Of a stretch of DNA of 64,000 bases, positions 19,798 to 29,618 are shown piece after piece. Each line of letters opens with the position of its first letter. Positions within the stretch are counted from its first letter, which is position 1. The stretch comes from an uncultured Alphaproteobacteria bacterium (GTDB lineage: Bacteria; Pseudomonadota; Alphaproteobacteria; Geminicoccales; Geminicoccaceae). The stretch is taken from the NCBI GenBank assembly GCA_963752325.1, contig CAVVXU010000004.1:50559-114558 (forward strand), read 5' to 3'. The position numbers were made by a program, and so were the translations under genes. The notes beneath the pieces are model-generated. The model ran no database searches, had not been told where the DNA came from, and saw nothing but the letters and a program-made list of their open reading frames with translations.

Positions 19798-20049
19798 GGC
19801 CTGCCTCCCATCATCGGCGATTTGTTCTCTCGCTTTTCTCGCAACCGCCGAGCAGTATCAGAAGAAGATTGAACGAGATCTCGTCCGCTACAGCCTCCTG
19901 GCCCGCTGGTGAACCAATCCTGGATTCAGAAGCTGCATCTTTCGGCAATGGAGCTGCACGGTCAAGCGCTCGCAAGGGCCGAGCGTGCCGGGCGCTCTTT
20001 GCATCCCGTCTCCTGAGCTCTCGAACAGATAGAGGATCATCGGCACCGG

Positions 20050-21681
20050 CTACGCTTCGGCCTTGGAGCCGCCCGGCCAGTCGGCGAAGAAGGTCGAGGC
20101 ATCGTCGGCGATCACCCCTTGCCGATAGATCGTCAGATCGCCCTCGATCACGCGACCGGAGGAGAGCAAGTATTGGTTGGGCAGCGTTCTGCCCCCGTCG
20201 AGGCCGTACACGCGCTTCAGCCTTGCCTGGTCCTGCGCCCGCCGCTCCGGAACAGAATCGAGGTCGAGGCTGCCCGTGACGAATTCCTGCAGCTGGTCCC
20301 GGGCTGCGAGCGCCTCGCCGGTCGCGGAATCGAAGATGTTGTGCTGCTCGCCGGGGTCGCGCTCGAGGTCGAAGAAGAGCGGCGCGAACCCGCGGAAGGA
20401 CACGAGCTTGTAGCTCCTCCAACGCGCCATGCGGAACTCGGAGCCCTCGCCCCAGCGGGCGTTCAGGTGATCGCAGACGACCGGCCGGTCCGGCGGCTCG
20501 CCGGCGCCCCGGATCGCCGGCGACAGGTCGACCCCGCTGATCTCGCCCGCCGGCGACCCGCCGGCCAGCGCCGCCAGGGTCGGCATCAGGTCGAGCAGGC
20601 TCACCGGCGTCTCCACGCGGCGTGCCGCCAGCTCGCCACGCCGATGCTCGGGCAGCGAGAAGAGCAGCGGCACATGGGTGCAGGCCTCGTGCCACCCGCT
20701 CTTCCACCAGGTGCCGTGCTCGCCCGCCATCTCGCCATGATCGCTCGTATAGACGATGACGGTGTTCTCGAGGAGGCCGGAGCTCTCGAGGCGGAGCAGC
20801 AGGTCGCCGATGATCTCATCGATGTAGCTCACACAGGCGAAGTAGGCGGAGCGGGCGCGCATCGTCTCCTCCTCGTCGATGCGGCCGACCTCGAAGCCCT
20901 CGCGGATCGCAGCGCCCACCGGATGATCGAAGGAATCGCCCTGGGCCGGCACGCGGGGCGCGCTGATGGCGTCGGGCGGGTAGCGGTCGAGATGACGGCG
21001 TGGCGCGGTCAGGGGAAAATGCGGGCGGCTGAAGGAGGCGCAAAGGAACCACTGCCGATCCGGCTCCCGGGCGTGCTGCTCGCGGAGGAAGGAGACCGTC
21101 TCGTCCGCGATCACCTGGTCGACGAGGAGCGACTCCGGGATCTTCGTCACCCCCGCGTCCCGCGTCCGCGCCGTCAGATCGTCGCCGGGATCATTGCCGT
21201 CGACACCACTGCCGCCCGACTGGGAGCCCTTGTAGAGAGCCCCGTCGCCGGCCCGGACCGCGATCGTGTCCTCATACTGGTGGCTGGCATTGCCCATGAG
21301 ATCGCCATAGGGGCGGTGGCGAAAGCCGTGGAATTGGAGCTTGCCCTTGAAGTGCATCTTGCCGACGAGGCAGGTGGCGTAGCCAACCCGCTCCAGCATC
21401 TTGGGCAGGGTGTCGAGCGCCGGATCGAGGATCGAGGCGTTGTTCCAGGCCCCTGATCGTTGCGCCTCGAGACCGGTGAGGAAGCACATGCGCGAGGGCA
21501 CACAGAGCGGCACTGCGCAATAGGCGTTGGCGAACGCCGCCGAGCTCGCCGCCAGCCGGTCGAGCGCGGGTGTCGCCACATTCTCGCCGCCGGCTTCATG
21601 CGGCACGTGGCCAAGAAAGCGAAAGCTGTGCTCGTCGGTCACCAGAAAGAGGATGTTCGGTCGCTGCGATCTCGTGGCCAT
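20050..21681 (-). CDS. Cys-type (formylglycine) sulfatase, no signal peptide
   Basis: NILFLVTDEHSF...CVPSRMCFLTG (C-x-P-x-R sulfatase signature)...VIVYTSDHGEM. 543 aa. Confidence 0.9.
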   Translation of the reverse strand: MATRSQRPNILFLVTDEHSFRFLGHVPHEAGGENVATPALDRLAASSAAFANAYCAVPLCVPSRMCFLTGLEAQRSGAWNNASILDPALDTLPKMLERVGYATCLVGKMHFKGKLQFHGFRHRPYGDLMGNASHQYEDTIAVRAGDGALYKGSQSGGSGVDGNDPGDDLTARTRDAGVTKIPESLLVDQVIADETVSFLREQHAREPDRQWFLCASFSRPHFPLTAPRRHLDRYPPDAISAPRVPAQGDSFDHPVGAAIREGFEVGRIDEEETMRARSAYFACVSYIDEIIGDLLLRLESSGLLENTVIVYTSDHGEMAGEHGTWWKSGWHEACTHVPLLFSLPEHRRGELAARRVETPVSLLDLMPTLAALAGGSPAGEISGVDLSPAIRGAGEPPDRPVVCDHLNARWGEGSEFRMARWRSYKLVSFRGFAPLFFDLERDPGEQHNIFDSATGEALAARDQLQEFVTGSLDLDSVPERRAQDQARLKRVYGLDGGRTLPNQYLLSSGRVIEGDLTIYRQGVIADDASTFFADWPGGSKAEA

Positions 21682-21763
21682 GATGCGCTCCCTCTTTCTG
21701 ATTTGTGGTCGTCGCGACTGCCCGTGGCCGACGATCGCCTCGTCGTCAGCTTCCCTGTTCGGC

Positions 21764-23212
21764 TCATCCTTCCGGGCGCTGGCCGACGATCGTCTCGATC
21801 AAGGTCCGGCGCAGGGCGTCGCGGATGTCGGGCAGGTCCTGCGAGCGGTCACGGCTCTCCTGCGGGTCGCTCGCGAGATCGTACAGCAGCGTCGGCTCAC
21901 CCATCATGTCGGCCGAGCGGCTCCCGGCCTCCACCTGCTTCTGCGGCAGGTTCTCGTCCAGGCCGACGATCAGCTTGAAGCGGCCATCGGTGATCGCACG
22001 CCATGATCCGAGGCCGGTCGTCACATGCGCCCGGGGCGGCATCCCGGCACCATCGCCGGCGAGAGCCTTGCGTAGGGAGACGCCGTCGAACGACGGTGGG
22101 ATGCGCAGCCCGGCACCGTCGAGCACCGTCGGCGGCAGGTCGATCAGCGACACCGGATCGTCGATCGTTCGACCGGCGGCGACGCCCGGTCCGGCGATCA
22201 CGAGAGGAACGCTGACCGACGGCTCGTACGGCACCTGCTTGGCCCACAGGTTGCGGTCGCCCAGCATGTCACCATGGTCGCTGGCATAGATGACGAGCGT
22301 GTCGTCGAGCTGGCCGCTTCGCCCGAGGAAGTCGACGAACCGCCCGAGCCAGCCGTCAATCGTCTCGATCATGGCGGCGTAATTGCGACGGATCTCCCGC
22401 TGCAGATCGGGGTCTCGGTTCTCGCGGCCATAGGGCCGGTCGAACTGCACGTCCAGCCACCTCGAGCGCATGTTTGCCGTCACGTCGAGCGGCTCGTGCG
22501 GCCCAGGGAAGTTGACCATGAGGAACCAGGGAGCCTGATCCCCGCTCAGCTTCTCGAGAAGGCCGAGGGCGCTGGCGCCCACCCAGTTGTCGACGTAGGC
22601 ATCGTCCGGGAGGGACGTCGGAGCGACGTTGGCGTAGCTCTCGATCGGCGGCTGGTAGCTGTCGTAGAGCGAGCGGATGGACCGTTCGGGGAACTGCAGC
22701 CTGCGCCGGGAAAAGTCGGCGACGTGAGCGGCGGCGAGGCCGCGCTGCTCGAGAAAGCTCAGGTAGGGCTCGGGCAGCCCGCACTGATAGGCCGTGATCG
22801 CGTCGTGCTTGCCGGCACTGTCCAGGCCATGCGTGAAGCCCAGCTGCTCCAGCTTCGAGGCGCCGTCGGCGGCGTGGCGGCCGTCACGCCCCCAGTCCAT
22901 GTAGCCCTTGAGGAGATCGAGCTTCCCGCAAGTCGCCACCCGCCAGCCCCCGTCGCGCAGGTGTCTGAAGAAGCTAGGGCCGTCGGGCGACAGGTTGTCG
23001 GCATTGTTGCGGACAGGGCTGCGGTCGTAGCCGCAGCCCTGCGTGAAACAAGCGCGCGCCGGCGCGCACAAGGGCGACGGCGTCCAGGCTCGACTAAAGG
23101 TTGTGCCGCGTGCCGCCAGCCGGTCGAGGCAGGGCGTGCGCACCGGATGCCGACCGAGAAAGCCGACGAAGTCCGACCGGTGTTGGTCGGGCAGGACGAA
23201 AAGCACATTCAT
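21764..23212 (-). CDS. Cys-type (formylglycine) sulfatase, no signal peptide
   Basis: MNVLFVLPDQHRSDF...CAPARACFTQG (C-x-P-x-R)...LVIYASDHGDMLGD. 482 aa. Confidence 0.9.
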   Translation of the reverse strand: MNVLFVLPDQHRSDFVGFLGRHPVRTPCLDRLAARGTTFSRAWTPSPLCAPARACFTQGCGYDRSPVRNNADNLSPDGPSFFRHLRDGGWRVATCGKLDLLKGYMDWGRDGRHAADGASKLEQLGFTHGLDSAGKHDAITAYQCGLPEPYLSFLEQRGLAAAHVADFSRRRLQFPERSIRSLYDSYQPPIESYANVAPTSLPDDAYVDNWVGASALGLLEKLSGDQAPWFLMVNFPGPHEPLDVTANMRSRWLDVQFDRPYGRENRDPDLQREIRRNYAAMIETIDGWLGRFVDFLGRSGQLDDTLVIYASDHGDMLGDRNLWAKQVPYEPSVSVPLVIAGPGVAAGRTIDDPVSLIDLPPTVLDGAGLRIPPSFDGVSLRKALAGDGAGMPPRAHVTTGLGSWRAITDGRFKLIVGLDENLPQKQVEAGSRSADMMGEPTLLYDLASDPQESRDRSQDLPDIRDALRRTLIETIVGQRPEG

Positions 23213-23341
23213 GGCTAGCTTACGGCCTCCCCAGGCTTTCGTTAGAGGTAGGTTACCACGCTGCCCGATCTAGTCCAAACCGATTTCGTTTCGGCGGCGG
23301 CGATCCGGCCATTACACACATGAAATATAAAATTCAATCTA

Positions 23342-24508
23342 AGAACGTTGGTATTCTATAAAAAAATAGTTTATCTCGGCTTGATGTCTCGCCGTTCTAA
23401 CAAAAGAAAGGACTTATCTGTTTAGTTCATGTGGGTCTGCATCTTGTAGCTTGCATGGGGAATGTTGGTGGCGAGGCCGACGAGGCGATGGAAGGCGGCG
23501 TGCCGATTATGATGGCGATTGAAGCGGAAGGTGAGCTCATCGAGGTAGGCCTGGAGGTGCTCGGGCCGGAGACCGTGATATGTGCCGAGCGCCCGGCGCT
23601 TCAGATTGCTGAAGGCGCGGTGCACGGCGGGCAGGACGATGTGGGCTGCCATGGGACCGACCTTGCTGCGGCGATGGCCCTTGACGGGCGGATCGAGATG
23701 GCCGCTCCAGGCGTCGGTGTGGATGGTGGCGTCGCCGGTGATGCTTGTGCCGATGAATCTGTTGAGGCTCGCGGCCGAGAAATCCTCGATGGCGGCGAGA
23801 CGCAGCCGGCCGGGCTTGCCACCCTCGATCTCGACGGCACCCGCGACCTTCATCTTGGCCGCGCCCGAGCGTTCCTGGCCGCCGCCGGGCGGGTCGTTCC
23901 TCGTCCGCTGCGGCAGGCTGGTCTCGTCGACCTCGACCAGGCCAGCCAGGGGCAGACACTCGGGATGGACCATGGCGCGGCGCAGCTTGCGGGCCAGGAG
24001 CCAGGCCGTCTTGTACGAGCCGATGCCGAGCTGCGCCTGCAGCTGCAGCGCCGAGATGCCGTTCGAGTGGGTCGCCATCAGATAGGCCGCCGAGAACCAT
24101 CGTCGGTCAGCAGACCGCCGATCCACCCACGCAGCGGCCGAGGCCAGGAGGCCTCGGCGGGGTGGTCAGCGGCAAATGGGAGCGGTGCATCACCATGCCG
24201 GCGGTCTCCGACGTCTGCCGGTCGCAGCCGGCGCATTCGAAGGTCGGCAGCCGCCGCTCGAGCCGCCAGGCACGGTTGTGACCACAGGCTGGACGGCAGA
24301 GCCCCTGCGGCCAACGCACCGCCACGAGATACTCGCCGCACGCCTCGTCCGTCGGGAAACGCCGCTGGAACTCCACCAGGCTCGTCAGAGACATCGCCAT
24401 CTGACCCCTCCCCCAGCGCCGCCGTCCATCACATCATCTGGTTTAAGTGTCGTCAAAGGGATAAGCCGAAAATATAATACCAAGGAAGAATTCAACGTGC
24501 TCAAGAGA
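23342..24508 (-). mobile_element. IS1595-family insertion sequence (boundaries approximate)
   Basis: A transposase remnant lies inside. AT-rich ends carry imperfect inverted repeats: AACGTTGGTATTC near 23344, and the reverse complement CACGTTGAATTC near 24500. An 8-bp direct repeat TCAATCTA sits at 23334-23341 and 24509-24516. The repeats are not perfectly symmetric about the IRs. Confidence 0.55.
23422..24400 (-). pseudogene. IS1595-family (ISXO2-like DDE) transposase, disrupted
   Basis: The N-terminal zinc-ribbon part is in ORF 24107-24400 (..CPACGHNRAWRLE..FECAGCDRQTSETAGMVMHRSHLPLTT). The body is in ORF 23422-24126 (WFSAAYLMATHSNGISALQLQAQLGIGSYKTAW...). The two parts are separated by 61 nt (24100-24160) that shift the frame. 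Confidence 0.8.
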
Positions 24509-24540
24509 TCAATCTACACTACTCTGTTCCGCAATGACTT

Positions 24541-25455
24541 CTAGTCGCCAGCGTTTGGATATAACGATGCCGACCCACCCGCTGCACTCTTGACATAGGC
24601 CGCGATCTCCCGATGCGAGGCGAACCATGGATTGCCCAGCGCCTTCGCGTGACGAATGATCTCTTCCAGGATCCAGATGCGGGAGCGATAGCCGATCACG
24701 TGGGGGTGCATCAGCAGCTGGAACAGTCCTCCTTCCTCGTAAGCGGCGTCCAGCTCGCGGCGGAAGATGTCGTAGACATCATTCGGGGAGGTGTAGGGGC
24801 GCAGCGCCTGGAACCGCTCGATCCATAGATAGGCACCGTCGTCACGCACCCAGGCCGTGGGAATCTCGACCAGGCTCAGCGTGTTGCCGTCGACGACGAT
24901 CTCGTGCGGGTCGTCGTGCCCCATCAGGGAGGAGTCGTAGGCCAGTCCCATCTCCTCGGCGATCGGCAGCGTGTCCCGGCTGATCTCGAAGGACGGTGCA
25001 CGCATGCCCACGGGACGGCGGCCGACGATCCGTTCCAGCGTGTCGGCGGAGCGCAGCATGAGCGTCCGCTCCTCCTCCGGCGACAGACCGGAGGCCACCT
25101 CGTGAATCCAGCCGTGCAGCCCGACCTCATGACCCTCCGCGACGATGCGCTGCTGCTCGTCCGGGTGCAGGAGGGCGGTGACGGCGGGAACGAAGAAGGT
25201 GGCGGGGACCGCATGCCGGCGCAGGATCGCCAGGATACGCTCGACCCCGAGCGTGCCGTACTGGCCCCAGCAGAGACGCGCCAGCGATCCGGCGCCGTCG
25301 CGCAGCTCGTTCGTCTCGTGATCGCAGTCGAAGGACAGGGCGACGGCGCATCGGGCGCCATCCTTCCAGCGTGCCGGGCGCAGGATCCGGCCGACCCGGG
25401 CACGACGGACATGGTCACGCCAGGTCTGATCGGGCCATTGCCAAGGCTGCGACAT
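24541..25455 (-). CDS. polysaccharide deacetylase / carbohydrate-esterase-4 family protein (PuuE-like)
   Basis: ..CAVALSFDCDHE.., ..ATFFVPAVTA.., ..GHEVGLHGWIHE.., ..LLMHPHVIG.. are NodB-homology-type motifs. 304 aa. Confidence 0.85.
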   Translation of the reverse strand: MSQPWQWPDQTWRDHVRRARVGRILRPARWKDGARCAVALSFDCDHETNELRDGAGSLARLCWGQYGTLGVERILAILRRHAVPATFFVPAVTALLHPDEQQRIVAEGHEVGLHGWIHEVASGLSPEEERTLMLRSADTLERIVGRRPVGMRAPSFEISRDTLPIAEEMGLAYDSSLMGHDDPHEIVVDGNTLSLVEIPTAWVRDDGAYLWIERFQALRPYTSPNDVYDIFRRELDAAYEEGGLFQLLMHPHVIGYRSRIWILEEIIRHAKALGNPWFASHREIAAYVKSAAGGSASLYPNAGD

Positions 25456-25717
25456 GTCGAAGGTCCCTTCGGCTGCAAGACCGGAAGCATCGGCCCGCGG
25501 TGGGCAGAGCCGCGGCTGGATACGGCACCATCCAGTCGATCAGGCACTGCCCATCAGGCGAGGCCAGCGCCAGCTCGCGACATGAGCGCCTCCGGAGAAG
25601 CCGCTCACGCCTGGCGCCCTCACCGCCGAGCGGCCCTTGCGCGACCGCGAGGAGAGCCCCGGGCTCTGCGCACTGGCCGGGCGATCGCCCTATGCTCGCT
25701 GCGTCCGCGCCAGACGC

Positions 25718-26533
25718 TCATGTTTCCACGGCCGACGCGACGTTGAGCAGGAGATCCGTCTGCGTGAGCTTGAGATCCTTCAAATCGAACGACATGGCGT
25801 GGATGATGTTCGCCAGCCGCTTTTGCGTATAGCGCGCATGAGCGACGATCTGGCTTCTGAAGGCGTCCCGATCGCCGGCCTTGATCGCCTCGATGAGATC
25901 GTCGTGCTGACGCACATTGAGCTCGAACTGCTCGTCGTGCACAGCCGGCTGGGTCGATTCGAGCTTGTGGATCAGGACGATCAGGCGGCGCGCATGCCGG
26001 TGGATCGACGTCGCGAACGCATAGATGAACGCATTGTGGATGGTCTCGTACATCCGCAGGTGGAACTCCTGATTCACCGCCGTGATGCCGAGATAATCGC
26101 GCGCCGCGACCAGCGTGCGGTAGCGGCGCTGGATGCTTTCGAGATCGGAGACGAGCGTGGCGTCATCGAAGCGGCACAGCTGGCCCAGAATATCCTCGGC
26201 CAGCTGGTAGGCGCCGATGATCTCGCCCACCTCCCGGAAGTCGAGATTGCGGACAAAGGCGCCGCCGCGGTTGGCGATGAAATTGACGAAGCCCTCGGCG
26301 GAGAGGCGGTTGAGAGCCTCCCGTGCCGGCGTGCGACCCAGCCCGAACTCCTCGATCAGCAGGCTCTCGTCGAGCCTCGATCCCGGCTCGAGCGACAGAT
26401 CGATGATCCGCGAGCGGATCCGATCGACCGCGATGTCGGTTTGCGACGGGGTCCTCGAGCCTCGCTTCGAGCTTCGCGCCTCGCCCTCCGGATCGGTGTC
26501 CGAGATGGCTTCGCTCCGGGCTCTGCGTGACAA
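25718..26533 (-). CDS. GntR-family transcriptional regulator (FadR/FCD subfamily)
   Basis: ..LDESLLIEEFGLGRTPAREALNRLSAEGFV.. is a wHTH, followed by an all-helical FCD-like C-terminal domain. 271 aa with an unusually long, charged N-terminal extension. Confidence 0.9.
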   Translation of the reverse strand: MSRRARSEAISDTDPEGEARSSKRGSRTPSQTDIAVDRIRSRIIDLSLEPGSRLDESLLIEEFGLGRTPAREALNRLSAEGFVNFIANRGGAFVRNLDFREVGEIIGAYQLAEDILGQLCRFDDATLVSDLESIQRRYRTLVAARDYLGITAVNQEFHLRMYETIHNAFIYAFATSIHRHARRLIVLIHKLESTQPAVHDEQFELNVRQHDDLIEAIKAGDRDAFRSQIVAHARYTQKRLANIIHAMSFDLKDLKLTQTDLLLNVASAVET

Positions 26534-26643
26534 GGCTCTGCCTCACCTTCCGCTCAATCTTTGGTGGCTTGGACCCGCGAGGTCGAGCCAGAGGCGCAGA
26601 TACACGGGCGCTCTGGCCGTCGCAACCTTGTGATGCCTTGCCC

Positions 26644-27408
26644 TCAGGGCATCACAAGGCCGCCATTCACCTCGATGACCTGGCCGGTGACGTAGCCGCT
26701 CAAGCTGTCGCAGCAGAGGTAGAGAAAGGTCCCGACACAGTCGGCTGGCTGACCGATGCGCCGCTGCGGGATCTGGCCGACCGCGCCTGCGATCTGCTCG
26801 GGCGTGCTGACCCGGCTTTGCATGTCGGTCGCGATCACGCCCGGCGAGACGACATTGACGCGGATCCCCTGCTCCGCGACCTCCTTGGCCAGGGCCCGCG
26901 AGAACGTCGCGATGAAGGCCTTGGCTCCGGCATAGAGGGACGAGCCGCCGCCGCCGCCGGTGCGGCCCGCCACCGAGCCCACATTGATGATGCATCCGCC
27001 GCTCGACTGGGTCGCAAACTGGCGCACCGCGCTTCGGCAGGCATCGAAGGTGGGCCACAGGTTGATGGCGACGTGGCGGTCGAAGAGCTCGTCCGCCGTG
27101 TCGCTCACGCGCCGGCGGACGAGCTGGTCGCCGGCATTGTTGATGGCGATGTCGAGCCGGCCGAACGCCTCGACCGTCGCCGCCACCATCCGGGCTCCGG
27201 CATCGCGTTCCGCGATGTCGGCGCCGACCAGGGCAGCACGGCCGCCGGCCCGCTCGATGTCGGCTGCGACCGCCTCGGCCTCGGCGCGCCCCGAGCGATA
27301 GTGGACCGCTACCTGCGCGCCGCAGGCGCCAAGGCCGCGGGCGACCGCGGCACCGATGCCGCGGCTGGCGCCGGTCACGAGACAGGCCTTGCCCCTCAGC
27401 TCATCCAT
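26644..27408 (-). CDS. short-chain dehydrogenase/reductase (SDR)
   Basis: ATG27408. TGASRGIGAAVA (TGxxxGxG), NNAG, and the YAGAK catalytic Y-x-x-x-K. 254 aa. An alternative start lies 13 codons upstream (27447). Confidence 0.9.
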   Translation of the reverse strand: MDELRGKACLVTGASRGIGAAVARGLGACGAQVAVHYRSGRAEAEAVAADIERAGGRAALVGADIAERDAGARMVAATVEAFGRLDIAINNAGDQLVRRRVSDTADELFDRHVAINLWPTFDACRSAVRQFATQSSGGCIINVGSVAGRTGGGGGSSLYAGAKAFIATFSRALAKEVAEQGIRVNVVSPGVIATDMQSRVSTPEQIAGAVGQIPQRRIGQPADCVGTFLYLCCDSLSGYVTGQVIEVNGGLVMP

Positions 27409-27461
27409 GTACAATCCTGGAACTCCTTCCTCGTGACCATCGTCCATCGCCGGAGGCCCGC

Positions 27462-28214
27462 TCACGTCCCGCCGGCGATGAACGGCAGGACGACGTCGTG
27501 GAACGCGGCCGGCTGCTCGAGCTGCGGCGTGTGGCCCGCGTCCTCGATCACGGCCAGCCGCGCGTCCGGGATGAGCCCGCACATGGCGGCCCCGTGCTCG
27601 GGCGTGCGCGCCCTGTCGTGCCGGCCCTGGACGATCAGCGTCGGCACGGCGATGGCCGGCAGCCGGTCGAGGATCGACGAGCGCGCGTTGGAGATGGCCG
27701 CCTCCACCGCCGCCGGCTGGCGCGCGCTCAGGGCCACCTGGCGGAAGGCCGCGATCTCCTCCTCCGGCATCGCACGATGGAAGAACGCGTCGACGATGGG
27801 GGCGACGGTGGCCTCCACCCACGGCGCTTTCGCCAAGTGATCGGCTTTGGCCAGCGCCGCCGGCGGGTCGGCGGTCATGGCGCCGGTGGCGACGAGAAGG
27901 AGACGGCCCACCCGCTGCGGATGACGCAGCGCCAGATGCTGGGCCACCACCCCACCCATGGAGCCGCCGACGAGGACCATGCGCTCGAGCCCGCGGGCCT
28001 CGAGCAGCGCCGCCACGGCGTCGGCCAGGGCTTCCATCGTGTAGGGGCCGGGCTCGGCTGCCGACGCGCCGAAGCCCGGCAGGTCGACAGCGAGCCCGTG
28101 CCGGCCGAGCGAGGCCACGCGATCGAGCGTCGGTGCCCAATAGGCCGAGGACTGGCAAAAGCCGTGAAGACAGACGACGGCGGGACCGTCGCCCGGACGC
28201 TCGATCGCGAACAC
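27462..28214 (-). CDS. alpha/beta-fold hydrolase
   Basis: GTG28214 lies 6 nt after the SBP stop. ..VVCLHGF.., the nucleophile elbow GGSMGG, and ..DAGHTPQLEQP.. (His of the triad). The upstream part of ORF 27462-28337 overlaps the SBP gene. Confidence 0.85.
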   Translation of the reverse strand: MFAIERPGDGPAVVCLHGFCQSSAYWAPTLDRVASLGRHGLAVDLPGFGASAAEPGPYTMEALADAVAALLEARGLERMVLVGGSMGGVVAQHLALRHPQRVGRLLLVATGAMTADPPAALAKADHLAKAPWVEATVAPIVDAFFHRAMPEEEIAAFRQVALSARQPAAVEAAISNARSSILDRLPAIAVPTLIVQGRHDRARTPEHGAAMCGLIPDARLAVIEDAGHTPQLEQPAAFHDVVLPFIAGGT

Positions 28215-28219
28215 CTGCT

Positions 28220-29572
28220 CTAGCCCTCGTTCTTCTTCAGCTCGCGCGCCTTGTCGGCCGAGGCCATCAGCGCATCGCGCGGCTTGATCTGCCGCAGCAG
28301 CGCGTTCTGGATCTGCTGCTGCGTGTAGCGGTCCCATTCGTTGTACCAGGGAGCCGCAATGTTCTCGCGCGCCCGGGCCGCCACGGTCTGCTGATGCAGG
28401 ATGTCGAGGTCGTAGCCGGCGGCCTTGCGTGCCGCGATGATGTCAGGATCGTTGTCGAGCGACTTGAAGGGGTAGCCCACACCGTACTTCAGGAACCAGG
28501 TCTTGGCGGTGGCGTAGACGCCGGCCTTATTCTTGCCGCCCATGTAGTACATCAGGCGCCAGGCGGCCTCCGGCTCCTTGGTCTTTGCGCTCATCGCATA
28601 GAGGCGGGTCCAGCCCATCGTCCCGCCCTGCACATCCTTGAGGCCGGGGAAGCGCGTCATCGCGATATTGCCGGCGCGCTTGCTGAGCTTCGGGTTGTTG
28701 GCCCGCGGGAAGACATTGCCGACGTTCGAGGTGAACACGCCCTGACCGCTGACGAACGCGTCGCGGGCCTGCGTCTCGTCGAGCTCGAGCCCGCGCGGAT
28801 CGAGGATCTTCTTGCTGTGCATGGCGTCAAGCATCCATTCGAGCACCATGACCGCCGTGTCGTCCTCGGCCGGAAAGACGGGATCGAAGTCGGCGTTGAA
28901 GAGATGGCCGCCAGAGGCGAAGACCATCGACCACATCTCGTCCAGGCCGTCGACGTTGGTCTTGTAGCCCTTGAGGATGGGATAGTCGGCGATGCCCGCC
29001 TTCTTCACCTCGAGCGCTGCCGCCGTGAGCTGGTCGAGCGTTACCGGCGCGTCCTTCACGTCGGCCTTGGCCAGCGCCGTCTTGTCGTACATGTAGACGT
29101 AGATGTCGCCATAGTAGGGCGTGCCGTACTGCTTGCCCTGGTAGAAGAGCGCCTCCCGATTGAACGGGAAGATATCGTCGTTGAGCGCGTCCAGGCCCTC
29201 CATCCCGTCGACCGGGCGGAGCCAGCCCGCCTCGACCCACGAGCCGAGATTGGTGTCGCGCACATAGAAGGAGTCGGCCTGCGCGCCGGCATTGAAGAGC
29301 GCTATCATCTTCTCGTTGTAGAGCTGCAGGTCGAGCGGCGTGTAGTTGACGGTGATGTCCGGGTTCTCGGCCATGAACAGGTTGACGCAGGACTCGACGA
29401 CCTGGGGCTCGAAGGCCCAGCCGGCAAAGCTGATCGTCGTCTGAGCTGCCCGCGCGTCGCGGCGCCCCAGCGGCGATGCCGCGAGGCCGAGGCCGGCCCC
29501 GGCGGCGGCCGTCGTCCTCAGGAGGTCGCGGCGACTGAGACGGCCGCTGGGGTGCTGAGCTATCCTGGTCAT
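28220..29572 (-). CDS. CUT1 extracellular solute-binding protein with a TAT-type leader
   Basis: ATG29572 with AAGGAGA 7 nt upstream. MTRIAQHPSGRLSRRDLLRTTAAAGAGLGLAASP leader, followed by a family-1 SBP pattern. Confidence 0.9.
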   Translation of the reverse strand: MTRIAQHPSGRLSRRDLLRTTAAAGAGLGLAASPLGRRDARAAQTTISFAGWAFEPQVVESCVNLFMAENPDITVNYTPLDLQLYNEKMIALFNAGAQADSFYVRDTNLGSWVEAGWLRPVDGMEGLDALNDDIFPFNREALFYQGKQYGTPYYGDIYVYMYDKTALAKADVKDAPVTLDQLTAAALEVKKAGIADYPILKGYKTNVDGLDEMWSMVFASGGHLFNADFDPVFPAEDDTAVMVLEWMLDAMHSKKILDPRGLELDETQARDAFVSGQGVFTSNVGNVFPRANNPKLSKRAGNIAMTRFPGLKDVQGGTMGWTRLYAMSAKTKEPEAAWRLMYYMGGKNKAGVYATAKTWFLKYGVGYPFKSLDNDPDIIAARKAAGYDLDILHQQTVAARARENIAAPWYNEWDRYTQQQIQNALLRQIKPRDALMASADKARELKKNEG

Positions 29573-29618
29573 GCTCGATTTCTCCTTGCTGGCGGATGCG
29601 GAGCGGATGTCGTTGCCG

